From Lytechinus pictus (Eukaryota), in contig NC_087251.1 in NCBI RefSeq assembly GCF_037042905.1, positions 29,266,001 to 29,330,000 on the forward strand: DNA of 64,000 bases. Direction: 5' to 3'. Shown here piece by piece: positions 53,201 through 64,000 of this stretch. The notes beneath the pieces were generated by a model, which made no database searches, was not told where the DNA came from, and was given only the letters and a program-made list of their open reading frames with translations. The translations under genes were made by a program, and so were the position numbers. Position 1 is the stretch's first letter, and every line of letters begins with the position of its first letter.

Positions 53201-56200
53201 ATTTATCGGATAAACGGATACTGATTATAAGGCACGGCAAAGCACTGCAAACGTACATGTAGATTAGATAGTATTAGTAATGTTACCAAAAAGAACGACA
53301 CAGTCTAATAACATAAGGACAAGAAAAACAAAGGAAACGTAACATTTCAATGAACGGAATATGTTTCAGGGTGATTAAACCTCATCATAATTCTGAATCA
53401 CAGGCACTTCGGAAATTGTTACAGAAACATGTCAAAAATACATAATCACATTACTCCTTCTTTCTGATTTTTATGCTCAGTACCATTTTTTAACCAAACA
53501 CGCGAGTACAGGTCACTATGATGGATCATTAGAGAATAAGAAGTCCAATATATGGAAACTACTGCAGTCATCAACACGAATTACCCAATACTCGTTAGAA
53601 TGCAACAGATGAATCCGATCTCAAGCCACTACAACTTATGGCGGCTATTAAAATTAGCAGGGTGCATTGTTATGTCAGTGTATGAATGACCTTGTGTGAG
53701 GCATGCTTGAACCCCACGCTAGCAAATACTATAAAAATCGCCCAAACCAAATCGGTTTAAATTCACGGTCCACTACACAATTGTTTTAATCATACGTAAC
53801 TAAATTCTTAAAAAATGTTCGTACCATGCAGTTTGATAAATTGACATAATCCAATGTGTATATATACAAATGGCTATTCGTATACTTTATTCAGGCTGTG
53901 GATGAGAGTTGGTCACTTTAAAACATCTTCTGTTTATAAATGTTATAATTACTGTATGTATGATATACATATGTGGGATATACAGTTTATAAAGTGAGGA
54001 TATATCCCATTCCCCCAGATTTTGCGGTGTTATGGAAACCTCATTAAGAAGCACATTATGTTATCGACATCCTCAGTGAAATTGACATTCACTGGTTTTA
54101 AATAGTGATAAATACAGTTTAAAACTGTGCAGAAAGATGTCAGTTTCTTGCAGCTTCTTCTTTATTTTTCAAATTAAAAAATGATTTGAAATGCAGTTAA
54201 ATATATAAAATATGATGAGCGTTTGATAAAGCAAGCCAATCTGCGTTATAGTTCAATAATTCACAGCAAATTTGTAAATATCGACATTCTGAGTTTACTT
54301 ACTCGCTGAATATGTAGCAGATATGAACGATAAAAAAATAGTTTATTGAATATAGACATGAAAATGTAGAAAACGTATAATTGTTTTTATCTTGTAGAAT
54401 ATTCAGGCCAATTAATGTGCCTACATTGCCAAAAACCCTACTGGGATCATTTGTCAGTATACAAATAATGCACAGAACTGATGAGACTGCATCGTAAGGT
54501 TTTTGTGAGCATATAATGTAACTATGGAACTCTTAAACCCACGAGGCGCAGCCGATTGGGTTTAGACTAGTTTCCATAGTTACCGCATGCTCACTAGTCA
54601 TACCGATGCACGAACAAACGTGTGTATCATTTGTCTTATCGAGTGGTGGAATTTTTGGCCAAATATCCATTTTTTACAACCATGCAAAAGTAACTACCGA
54701 CGCATGGGTAGCCATGCATCTGGTAAATTTGCCATGCATAAGTAATTACCGGAGGCGTGGCAAATTTACCGGATGCATGCCCGACCATGCGTCGGTGATT
54801 ACTAATGCATAATGCCCATTTTATAAGCAAAGATATTCCTAAATATTCGTACTGGTTGCATTTTTAATAATGAATTATCAACATTTAGTCATGATAGTTA
54901 ATAAATTTCTAGGAATGCAATTCTTAATCGAATTAACATCAAAATATATGAACTCATTTGAGTCGGGTTTCGTTCATCCGTCAGAGTTTATTAGTTGCGT
55001 TCTTGGATTCTGAAACTCGAAACAAGCCTTGTTCCATCAAGGGGGTAAAATATCCACCCCCCCCCCCGAACCTCTCAGTGTATCTAAAGTAAAATTATAT
55101 GTACTTACATCTTTGAACAGGTTACTCATGTGATCTCGTTCCTGGTACTCAAGAAGCATGTAAGATAAGTACTCATCCTGTTGATAACAATAAAAAGGAA
55201 ATTACAGAACACGCTTTATTGGTGATGATACTATAAATCCCACATAATGGGTAATATGCGTTGGGATTTACATTTTATGTAAGGACGAAAAAGAACGAAA
55301 TACAAATTTGCTTACTTTTTAAGAATTAAGGGGCAGAGAAATAGTAGTTGTGTGTTTGGTTAGGATACTTGTTTATCACAAATGATGTATTGAATATGCA
55401 AAAGGGAATAAAACATACTTATATTTACATTACAGGAGATTTTAAAAATCTGAATTGTGGAGGGATCACGAAAAAACAATGGGATAAATAATCTCAGTTT
55501 CCTTAATATACTTGTTCGTTTAAAATCCTCCATATTTATGTCGTCTTGGATAACCAGTTGTGTTTTTTAATCCTATCAATAGTTGTTGGGAAACCATTTT
55601 ATAATCATAGCTTGTATATTTTGTTTTGTCTACTTTATTTACCAAATCACCTATCTTTGTTTAGATAACACTGATATTAAGTTATCACTTTGCCACATTC
55701 CTTTTTTGGGGGGTGGGGGAGGATAAGTGGGTAGGTTTTTTTTATTATTATGGTTTTTTTTTTTTTTTTTGTAACTTACTTGTGTTTATGTAATTTGCAA
55801 TCACCTAATAGTCATTTGTAAATTTTGTGATTTATTTCAATCTATAATAAAAACAGAAATATTAAAAAAAAACATCTTTTTAAAAAGCAATTAATAAAGC
55901 AGGAACGAGCTCGTCATATGATGGGACCTTCCTGGAACTGTGAATGTACACTTCAGGCAACAGTCGTATTGCACACTTCTGGTAAATGTTATATGAACGC
56001 AAGTTACATAATTGGGTTTCAGTATCGAGTCCCATCATGCTCTGATTACAGACCCATTTTAATACGACAGAATAATGTTTTGAAAACCAGAAAGACTGAT
56101 TGGGAAGCGTTCCCGCATGCGCAGACGGGTTATACAGTTGGTCACGTGCGTCGTGAATCGTGAAGACTTTCTCATACGTTAATGGTAATGATCATCTACC

Positions 56201-56278
56201 AATACTCACCCAATCGACTGTGCCGTCACAGTTTGCATCGACTTTCATGAAGACGATTGCCAGTTCTTTGTCGTCCAC
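29291..56278 (-). CDS. EF-hand + multi-WD40 repeat protein, WDR49/WDR64/EFCAB8/WDY-like family; 5' end missing, 1170 aa recovered
   Basis: 19 phase-consistent GT-AG exons: 56278-56210, 55177-55109, 52303-52269, 51460-51295, 50638-50536, 49940-49856, 49451-49253, 48632-48514, 48033-47966, 47743-47595, 47222-47085, 46524-46171, 35267-35197, 34928-34232, 33850-33635, 32991-32640, 32287-32140, 31295-31073, 29542-29291 (3513 nt incl. TAA). It has an EF-hand loop (FMKVDANCDGTVDWDEYLSY) and many WD motifs (TGGMDRSVRTWNPYV, VSGCHDSVVCVWD, VTGGRNGTVKIWNFNNG, ITGSIDYSIRLWT). The exact paralogue cannot be assigned without a search. Confidence 0.88.
38560..39097. mobile_element. MITE with ~55-bp TIRs and 8-bp TSD
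   Basis: TIR ccgg(G)n-gcactt(c/a)cattgacgagtggataccatgcgcgacc at both ends. TSD agtgaagg at 38552-38559 and 39098-39105. Confidence 0.85.
40530..42222 (+). mobile_element. Composite satellite-carrying element (80-bp array + 21-bp array), second copy of the 8790-11147 module
   Basis: Same ordered blocks as 8788-11147. Termini catgcgcatatcc / gaatacgcgcatg form a short imperfect inverted repeat. Confidence 0.65.
50960..51135. repeat. (GAT)n/(GGT)n microsatellite
   Basis: Direct reading. It explains the poly-Asp/Gly ORF. Confidence 0.9.
54505..54802. repeat. Two adjacent long hairpins, probable palindromic DNA element
   Basis: Hairpin 1, 54505-54594: gtgagcat…gtaactatggaa…taaaccca / tgggttta…ttccatagttac…atgctcac. 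Hairpin 2, 54690-54802: accgacgcatgg…atgcatctggtaaatttgcca / tggcaaatttaccggatgcat…ccatgcgtcggt. Confidence 0.7.
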
Positions 56279-57020
56279 CTGGAAAACAGAAGCAAAATGA
56301 ATTATGATGTAAAACATTCTGCTATCAACAACAGTGCCACTCTCATTCACATAAACACCCTAAATGCCCCTAAATACTTTAAAAATTGCATTTTTTGTTC
56401 ACCATTCATATTATTATGATATCAATTTTACACAAAGGTCATATACTAAAGTTGATCATAGAATTTATATTTGCAAATTATGATGTAACAAAATCATTCT
56501 CTAACTCAAAATATATTGATGCGGCTATTTCTGGCAAGATTTAATGTCAGGAATTACCTTTGTTATAAAGTTTGCCCCCCCCCAAAAAAAAAAAAGAAGA
56601 AGAAATACGTCAGTTAAAAACCGGCTTATATTCTCATGGTATGACTATTTTGAATTGCAAAAAAAAAGTAATATTGAAAAACAGATCAACTGATATATCA
56701 TTTAGCATGTAAAGAAATATCAAGTCAGACAGATACTAGTTATTGATTTATTGAATTTGAAAAATTATATGATAGAATAAAGAACGACTCCATGTGTAGG
56801 GGTGCAAACATGTGAATCATGCGTAGGACTATGTCTTGCAGTAAATTAAAAGAAGAGTCGTTGAGACAACAATGCAGTTAGTAAAGTGTAAGATCTAAAT
56901 ATTTCATATAAATGAAGGGTGACATAAAAATTATTTTAAAAAGTCTGAAATTAGGCATGAAACTATAAGACTATCGGTAAATAGAGTGCAGACATGCGAC
57001 AGTATTTATCTTCATACGTT

Positions 57021-60000
57021 CCAAGTTTTGGTCAAGACTTAATATGAATTTGATCCATACTTGTTCATCCTCATTCCATTGCAAAAGTTTTCTTTCCCCC
57101 GAAACTTTTTAATCGTGGCAGTATTAACTGTAAATTTAGTTTGATGAGTTGGGAACATGCTCCATAAAAGTGCAGTCTAAGTTGATGAGAATACCAATCT
57201 TTCTATTATATTTTGTGTCTGTGAATAGGTTGCTTGACATGACCCTGAACATTCGAAATCAAATCAATACATTTAGCATGAAGCAAAATAATTTAACCGC
57301 AGTGGTTAGTATCGAACTGGGCAGATTATTGATTTGGTCAATTCAGTAAAAGAAAGGGGAAGAGATGGCAAAAATACTTATACAGGTATGACAATGTGAA
57401 TACATATAATCGTGTTAACTTGCAGTGAATTACATGCAATGTAAATAAATTCACAGTTTATACACCTGTATATCTGAATGTGTTAGATCCACAATGAAAT
57501 TTACAAAATCTGAGGGTGGCAGATTATTGACCATTAAAGCACACTATTATGGTTAATAGAGAGGATTTATATTAAAGAGGAAAGAAGGAAAAAAATACAA
57601 ATTTTTCACAACGTGAAAACAAAAATTGTGCTTATGTCTGATCTAAACCGTGAATTATGGTGAGTGTTATTGGTGCATTGATACGTTGCAAGTCGTTTAG
57701 TATATCTCAAAAATAAAATAAGGGCAATAATAAGCATATCAAGGGCGTTTTAACGTTTTATAACAGGAATCTGTATCCCACCGCTGCTCCAACAATGAAA
57801 ATGGGTGCGAAATGACACTTGATTGCCACTATGTCATTTAAAAGGTAACTGTTGGAACCATATTGACAATACACTATAAGAAAATAAAAGGTTCAACTTT
57901 GTGTCTTTGAAAGGTGCCACCTTTATATACCATACTACGATTAAATTCTATTATTTCAAACCGGAAAGGTGCGAAATATTGCACTCTCAGAGTGGCATGG
58001 CTAAAGATTCAAAGATTATCGTACTTTTTTTGAGTGCATGTGAAGAGTCAGCAATCGGTAATATCGAACTGTGGTAGGAGATTGTATCCAACCGCTGCCA
58101 CCATATGAGTAATAACTGGTGAATAGTCATTTGTGGTAGGAGATTGTATCCCACCGCTGCCACCATATGAGTAATAACTGGTGAATAGTCATTGGTGGTA
58201 TAGGAGTTTGTTTCCACACCGCTGCCCCCATATTAGTAATAACTGGTTAATAGTGATTGATGGTAGATTCAATCCCACCGCTGCCACCATATAATAACTG
58301 ATGAATAGTCATTGGTGTTAGGAGTTTTTATCCCACTACTGCTACCATATAGTTAAAACTGGTGAATTCTGATTGATGGCAAAATTTGTATCTCACCGCT
58401 GTCTCCATATTAGTAATAACTGGTGAATAGTCATTGGTGTAGGAGCTTCATAGCTCACACCATGGCACTTTTAAAAAAGAAATCAATTATCAACTCTAAT
58501 TCAGAAATTCGTATCCAGGTTTTGGTCAAGACTTAAATATGAATTTAATCCATACTTGTTCATCCTCATTCCATTGCAAAAGTTTTCTTTCCCCCGAAAC
58601 TTTTTAATCGTGGCAGTATTAAATGTGAATTTAGTTTGATGAGTTGGGAACATGCTCCATAAAAGTGCAGTCTAAGTTGATGAGAATACAATCTTTCTAT
58701 TATATTTTGTGTCTGTGAATAGGTTGCTTGACATGACCCTGAACATTCGAAATCAAATCAATACATTTAGCATGGAGCAAAATAATTTAACCGCAGTGGT
58801 TAATATCGAACCGGGCAGATTATTGATTTGGTCAATTCAGTAAAAGAAAGGGGAAGAGATGGCAAAAATACTTATACAGGCGTGACATTAATGTGAATAC
58901 ATAGAATCATATTAACTTGCAGTGAATTAAATGCAATGTAATAAATTCACAGTTTATACACCTGTATATCTGAATGTGTTAGATCCACAATGGAATTTAC
59001 AAAATCTGAGGGTGGCAGATTATTGACCATTAAAGCACACTATTATGGTTAATAGAGAGGGTTTATATTAAAGAGGAAAGAAGGAAAAAAATACAAATTT
59101 TTCACAACGTGAAAACAAAAATTGTGCTTATGTCTGATCTAAATCGTGAATTATGGTGAGTGTTATTGGTGCATTGATACGTTGCAAGTCGTTTAGTATA
59201 TCTCAAAAATAAAATAAGGGCAATAATAAGCATATCAAGGGCGTTTTAACGTTTTATAACAGGAATCTGTATCCCACCGCTGCTCCAACAATGAAAATGG
59301 GTGCGAAATGACACTTGATTGCCACTATGTCATTTAAAAGGTAACTGTTGGAACCATATTGACAATACACTATAAGAAAATAAAAGGTTCAACTTTGTGT
59401 CTTTGAAAGGTGCCACCTTTATATACCATACTACGATTAAATTCTATTATTTCAAACAGGAAAGGTGCGAAATATTGCACTCTCAGAGTGGCATGGCTAA
59501 AGATTCAAAGATTATCGTACTTTTTTTGAGTGCATGTGAAGAGTCAGCAATCGGTAATATCGAACTGTGGTAGGAGATTGTATCCCACCGCTGCCACCAT
59601 ATGAGTAATAACTGGTGAATAGTCATTGGTGGTAGGAGTTTGTTTCCACACCGCTGCCCCCATATTAGTAATAACTGGTTAATAGTGATTGATGGTAGAG
59701 TACTATCCCACCGCTGCCACCATATAATAACTGATGAATAGTCATTGGTGTTAGGAGTTTTTATCCCACTACTGCTACCATATAGTTAAAACTGGTGAAT
59801 TCTGATTGATGGCAAAATTTGTATCTCACCGCTGTCTCCATATTAGTAATAACTGGTGAATAGTCATTGGTGTAGGAGCTTCATAGCTCACACCATGGCA
59901 CTTTTAAAAAAGAAATCAATTATCAACTCTAATTCAGAAATTCGTATCCAGGTTTTGGTCAAGACTTAAATATGAATTTAATCCATACTTGTTCATCCTC

Positions 60001-62800
60001 ATTCCATTGCAAAAGTTTTCTTTCCCCCGAAACTTTTTAATCGTGGCAGTATTGAATGTAAATTTAGTTTGATGAGTTGGGAACATGCTCCATAAAAGTG
60101 CAGTCTAAGTTGATGAGAATACAAATCTTTCTATTATATTTTGTGTCTGTGAATAGGTTGCTTGACATGACCCTGAACATTCGAAATCAAATCAATACAT
60201 TTAGCATGGAGCAAAATAATTTAACCGCAGTGGTTAATGTCGAACCGGGCAGATTATTGATTTGGTCAATTCAGTAAAAGAAAGGGGAAGAGATGGCAAA
60301 AATACTTATACAGGCGTGACATTAATGTGAATACATAGAATCATATTAACTTGCAGTGAATTAAATGCAATGTAATAAATTCACAGTTTATACACCTGTA
60401 TATCTGAATGTGTTAGATCCACAATGGAATTTACAAAATCTGAGGGTGGCAGATTATTGACCATTAAAGCACACTATTATGGTTAATAGAGAGGGTTTAT
60501 ATTAAAGAGGAAAGAAGGAAAAAAATACAAATTTTTCACAACGTGAAAACAAAAATTGTGCTTATGTCTGATCTAAATCGTGAATTATGGTGAGTGTTAT
60601 TGGTGCATTGATACGTTGCAAGTCGTTTAGTATATCTCAAAAATAAAATAAGGGCAATAATAAGCATATCAAGGGCGTTTTAACGTTTTATAACAGGAAT
60701 CTGTATCCCACCGCTGCTCCAACAATGAAAATGGGTGCGAAATGACACTTGATTGCCACTATGTCATTTAAAAGGTAACTGTTGGAACCATATTGACAAT
60801 ACACTATAAGAAAATAAAAGGTTCAACTTTGTGTCTTTGAAAGGTGCCACCTTTATATACCATACTACGATTAAATTCTATTATTTCAAACAGGAAAGGT
60901 GCGAAATATTGCACTCTCAGAGTGGCATGGCTAAAGATTCAAAGATTATCGTACTTTTTTTGAGTGCATGTGAAGAGTCAGCAATCGGTAATATCGAACT
61001 GTGGTAGGAGATTGTATCCCACCGCTGCCACCATATGAGTAATAACTGGTGAATAGTCATTGGTGGTAGGAGTTTGTTTCCACACCGCTGCCCCCATATT
61101 AGTAATAACTGGTTAATAGTGATTGATGGTAGAGTACTATCCCACCGCTGCCACCATATAATAACTGATGAATAGTCATTGGTGTTAGGAGTTTTTATCC
61201 CACTACTGCTACCATATAGTTAAAACTGGTGAATTCTGATTGATGGCAAAATTTGTATCTCACCGCTGTCTCCATATTAGTAATAACTGGTGAATAGTCA
61301 TTGGTGTAGGAGCTTCATAGCTCACACCATGGCACTTTTAAAAAAGAAATCAATTATCAACTCTAATTCAGAAATTCGTATCCAGGTTTTGGTCAAGACT
61401 TAAATATGAATTTAATCCATACTTGTTCATCCTCATTCCATTGCAAAAGTTTTCTTTCCCCCGAAACTTTTTAATCGTGGCAGTATTGAATGTAAATTTA
61501 GTTTGATGAGTTGGGAACATGCTCCATAAAAGTGCAGTCTAAGTTGATGAGAATACAAATCTTTCTATTATATTTTGTGTCTGTGAATAGGTTGCTTGAC
61601 ATGACCCTGAACATTCGAAATCAAATCAATACATTTAGCATGGAGCAAAATAATTTAACCGCAGTGGTTAATGTCGAACCGGGCAGATTATTGATTTGGT
61701 CAATTCAGTAAAAGAAAGGGGAAGAGATGGCAAAAATACTTATACAGGCGTGACATTAATGTGAATACATAGAATCATATTAACTTGCAGTGAATTACAT
61801 GCAATGTAATAAATTCACAGTTTATGCACCTGTATATCTGAATGTGTTAGATCCACAATGGAGTTTACAAAATCTGAGGGTGGCAGATTATTGACCATTA
61901 AAGCACACTATTATGGTTAATAGAGAGGATTTATATTAAAGAGGAAAGAAGGAAAAAAATACAAATTTTTCACAACGTGAAAACAAAAATTGTGCTTATG
62001 TCTGATCTAAATCGTGAATTATGGTGAGTGTTATTGGTGCATTGATACGTTGCAAGTCGTTTAGTATATCTCAAAAAGAAAATAAGGGCAATAATAAGCA
62101 TATCAAGGGCGTTTTAACGTTTTATAACAGGAATCTGTATCCCACCGCTGCTCCAACAATGAAAATGGGTGCGAAATGACACTTGATTGCCACTATGTCA
62201 TTTAAAAGGTAACTGTTGGAACCATATTGACAATACACAATAAGAAAATAAAAGGTTCAACTTTGTGTCTTTGAAAGGTGCCACCTTATACCATACTACG
62301 ATTAAATTCTGTTAGGTGCGAAATATTGCACTCCCAGAGTGGCATGGCTAAAGATTCAAAGATTATCGTACTTTTTTTGAGTGCATGTGAAGAGTCAGCA
62401 ATCGGTAATATCAAACTGTGGTAGGAGATTGTATCCCACCGCTGCCACCATATGAGTAATAACTGGTGAATAGTCATTGGTGGTAGGAGTTTGTTTCCAC
62501 ACCGCTGCCCCCATATTAGTAATAACTGGTTAATAGTGATTGATTGTAGAGTACTATCCCACCGCTGCCACCATATAATAACTGATGAATAGTCATTGGT
62601 GTTAGGAGTTTTTATCCCACTACTGCTACCATATAGTAATAACTGGTGAATACTGATTGATGGCAAAATTTGTATCTCACCGCTGTCTCCATATTAGTAA
62701 TAACTGGTGAATAGTCATTGGTGTAGGAGCTTCATAGCTCACACCATGGCACTTTTAAAAAAGTAATAAATTATCAACTCTAATTCAGACATTCGTATCC
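57021..62800. repeat. Four tandem copies of a ~1.43-kb unit, each containing a ~60-bp minisatellite
   Basis: Unit starts (cca-gttttggtcaagactt) at 57021, 58515, 59948 and 61382; the fourth unit ends at ~62800. Internal subrepeat tatcccaccgctgccaccatat…taataactggtgaatagtcattggtggtaggag. Confidence 0.95.
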
Positions 62801-64000
62801 CACCGCTTTCACCATATTAAAAATGAAGAGTCTCTATTCATTTTTATAACGTGGGCATGTATTTCGCCTATGTCACCATATTGAAATCGGAGAGTTTCTA
62901 GTCATTTCGTAATTTTTCTAGCATGTCTGTGTATCCCACCGCTGCCCCAATATGAAGACTTTAAAGTTGATAGTCATTATTACAGTGTGAGTACGTACTC
63001 CTAAGGTTAATATGGACGACAATAATGCTTATGAAGGAACATAAACTAGACAAATGAACATTCTCAGTATAATAATAATAAAGTGTGAAATAGTAATATA
63101 AATCAAACTATATATTTACATAATGACATCAAAATTCAAAGTAAAAAATTGCTTTATCACAGTCTTTAGTGCAAGATGGCACAATGAAAGGTGACCATTA
63201 ACATGATTAATGGAGTGAATGAATGCTAAATATTGTGGATATGATTACTGAAGTACACTAAGTGCAGTTACATGTGCGTTCGTGTTGGAGATGGGTTGAA
63301 TAATTATTATCAACTTATTGACTTACTTCATCCTGTCGTTGGCAATAGAAGCATGTAAAATAAACAATACTTATTTCTGAATGGAACATATCAAAGGAAG
63401 CCTTATAATCTTGGAGAAAATTAATCATTACCTCCACTCTTCCAACCCACATCCATTGTTCATCTGGCAATTCGACTCAAGTGCTTTCAAAGTGTCTTTT
63501 ACTATTTTTATGACTAACAAATCGTCGTGTATATATCGGAGAATATCACGGAAAATGTAAGATCAGCGACATCATTATTGAATCTTCATGAATATTAAAA
63601 GCGGCTCCCTAATTTATGAATTCGGGGTTCAACAGTTAAATTTATTGCTTCTACGAAAGCATAATTACGTTCTTAATTGTAATACTGTGTAAGGTTTATA
63701 TCAATATCATATGAATAAAATTGATCTGCCGAGATGAATTAAAATGTTTAAAATAACAACTGTCTAATCTTGAAATCTTGTCTTTTCATTATTTTGGTTT
63801 TGCAAAAATGAATATTTATGTGAGTTTGGTAATTTCTAACAATACAACGAAAGAGATACGACATGGACTCACAAGCCGGAAATCATGGATATAAGATGTA
63901 ATCTTCATGTATATCCTATTCAAATCAGGAAACTTGACATTGCATTCAAAGATTTTCGGATAAATACCGTCTGCTCTCACCACTTGATTTGAGCAATTTT

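Noticed and set aside
57149..61711. Repeated 66-aa ORF MGTCSIKVQSK…
   Set aside because: It starts at TTG, is frameshifted in unit 2 and has no recognisable domain. Its recurrence simply reflects the tandem duplication.
57021..62800. Tandem snRNA (U1/U2) or 5S gene array, suggested by the ~1.4-kb period
   Set aside because: No U1 5' ATACTTACCTG, and no U2, U6 or 5S sequence recognisable in the unit on either strand.
63432..63480. Possible upstream exon of the WD40 gene (minus-strand GAG|gtaatg)
   Set aside because: The translation shows no EF-hand or family-like sequence and the acceptor is weak. It cannot be supported.

Overview
This is an AT-rich, intron-rich animal genomic window. The repeat families look sea-urchin-like (echinoid), which is an inference. 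Three protein-coding genes can be spliced by hand. (1) The 5' half of DCAF5 on the minus strand: ATG at 6301, five exons, running off the left edge. (2) A complete four-exon CRIPT gene on the plus strand, 19610-24167, 100 aa, with a GC-AG second intron. (3) A large EF-hand + WD40 gene of the WDR49/WDR64/EFCAB8/WDY type on the minus strand: 19 exons from 56278 to a stop at 29291, 5' end not found. The 13 kb between the divergent DCAF5 and CRIPT starts is a stack of nested mobile DNA. Its most striking member is a 4.8-kb non-coding element (14465-19267) with ~1.4-kb terminal inverted repeats and a perfect 9-bp target-site duplication, i.e. Mutator/foldback-like. It contains a third TIR fragment and a satellite-built foldback MITE. 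Also notable: a short SINE-like element with a 7SL (Alu-domain)-like head in DCAF5 intron 1, a LINE ORF2 remnant split by DNA elements, and a recent 4 x ~1.43-kb tandem duplication at 57.0-62.8 kb. No prokaryotic-type system (CRISPR, operon) is present. Most ORFs in the supplied track are spurious or exon read-throughs.
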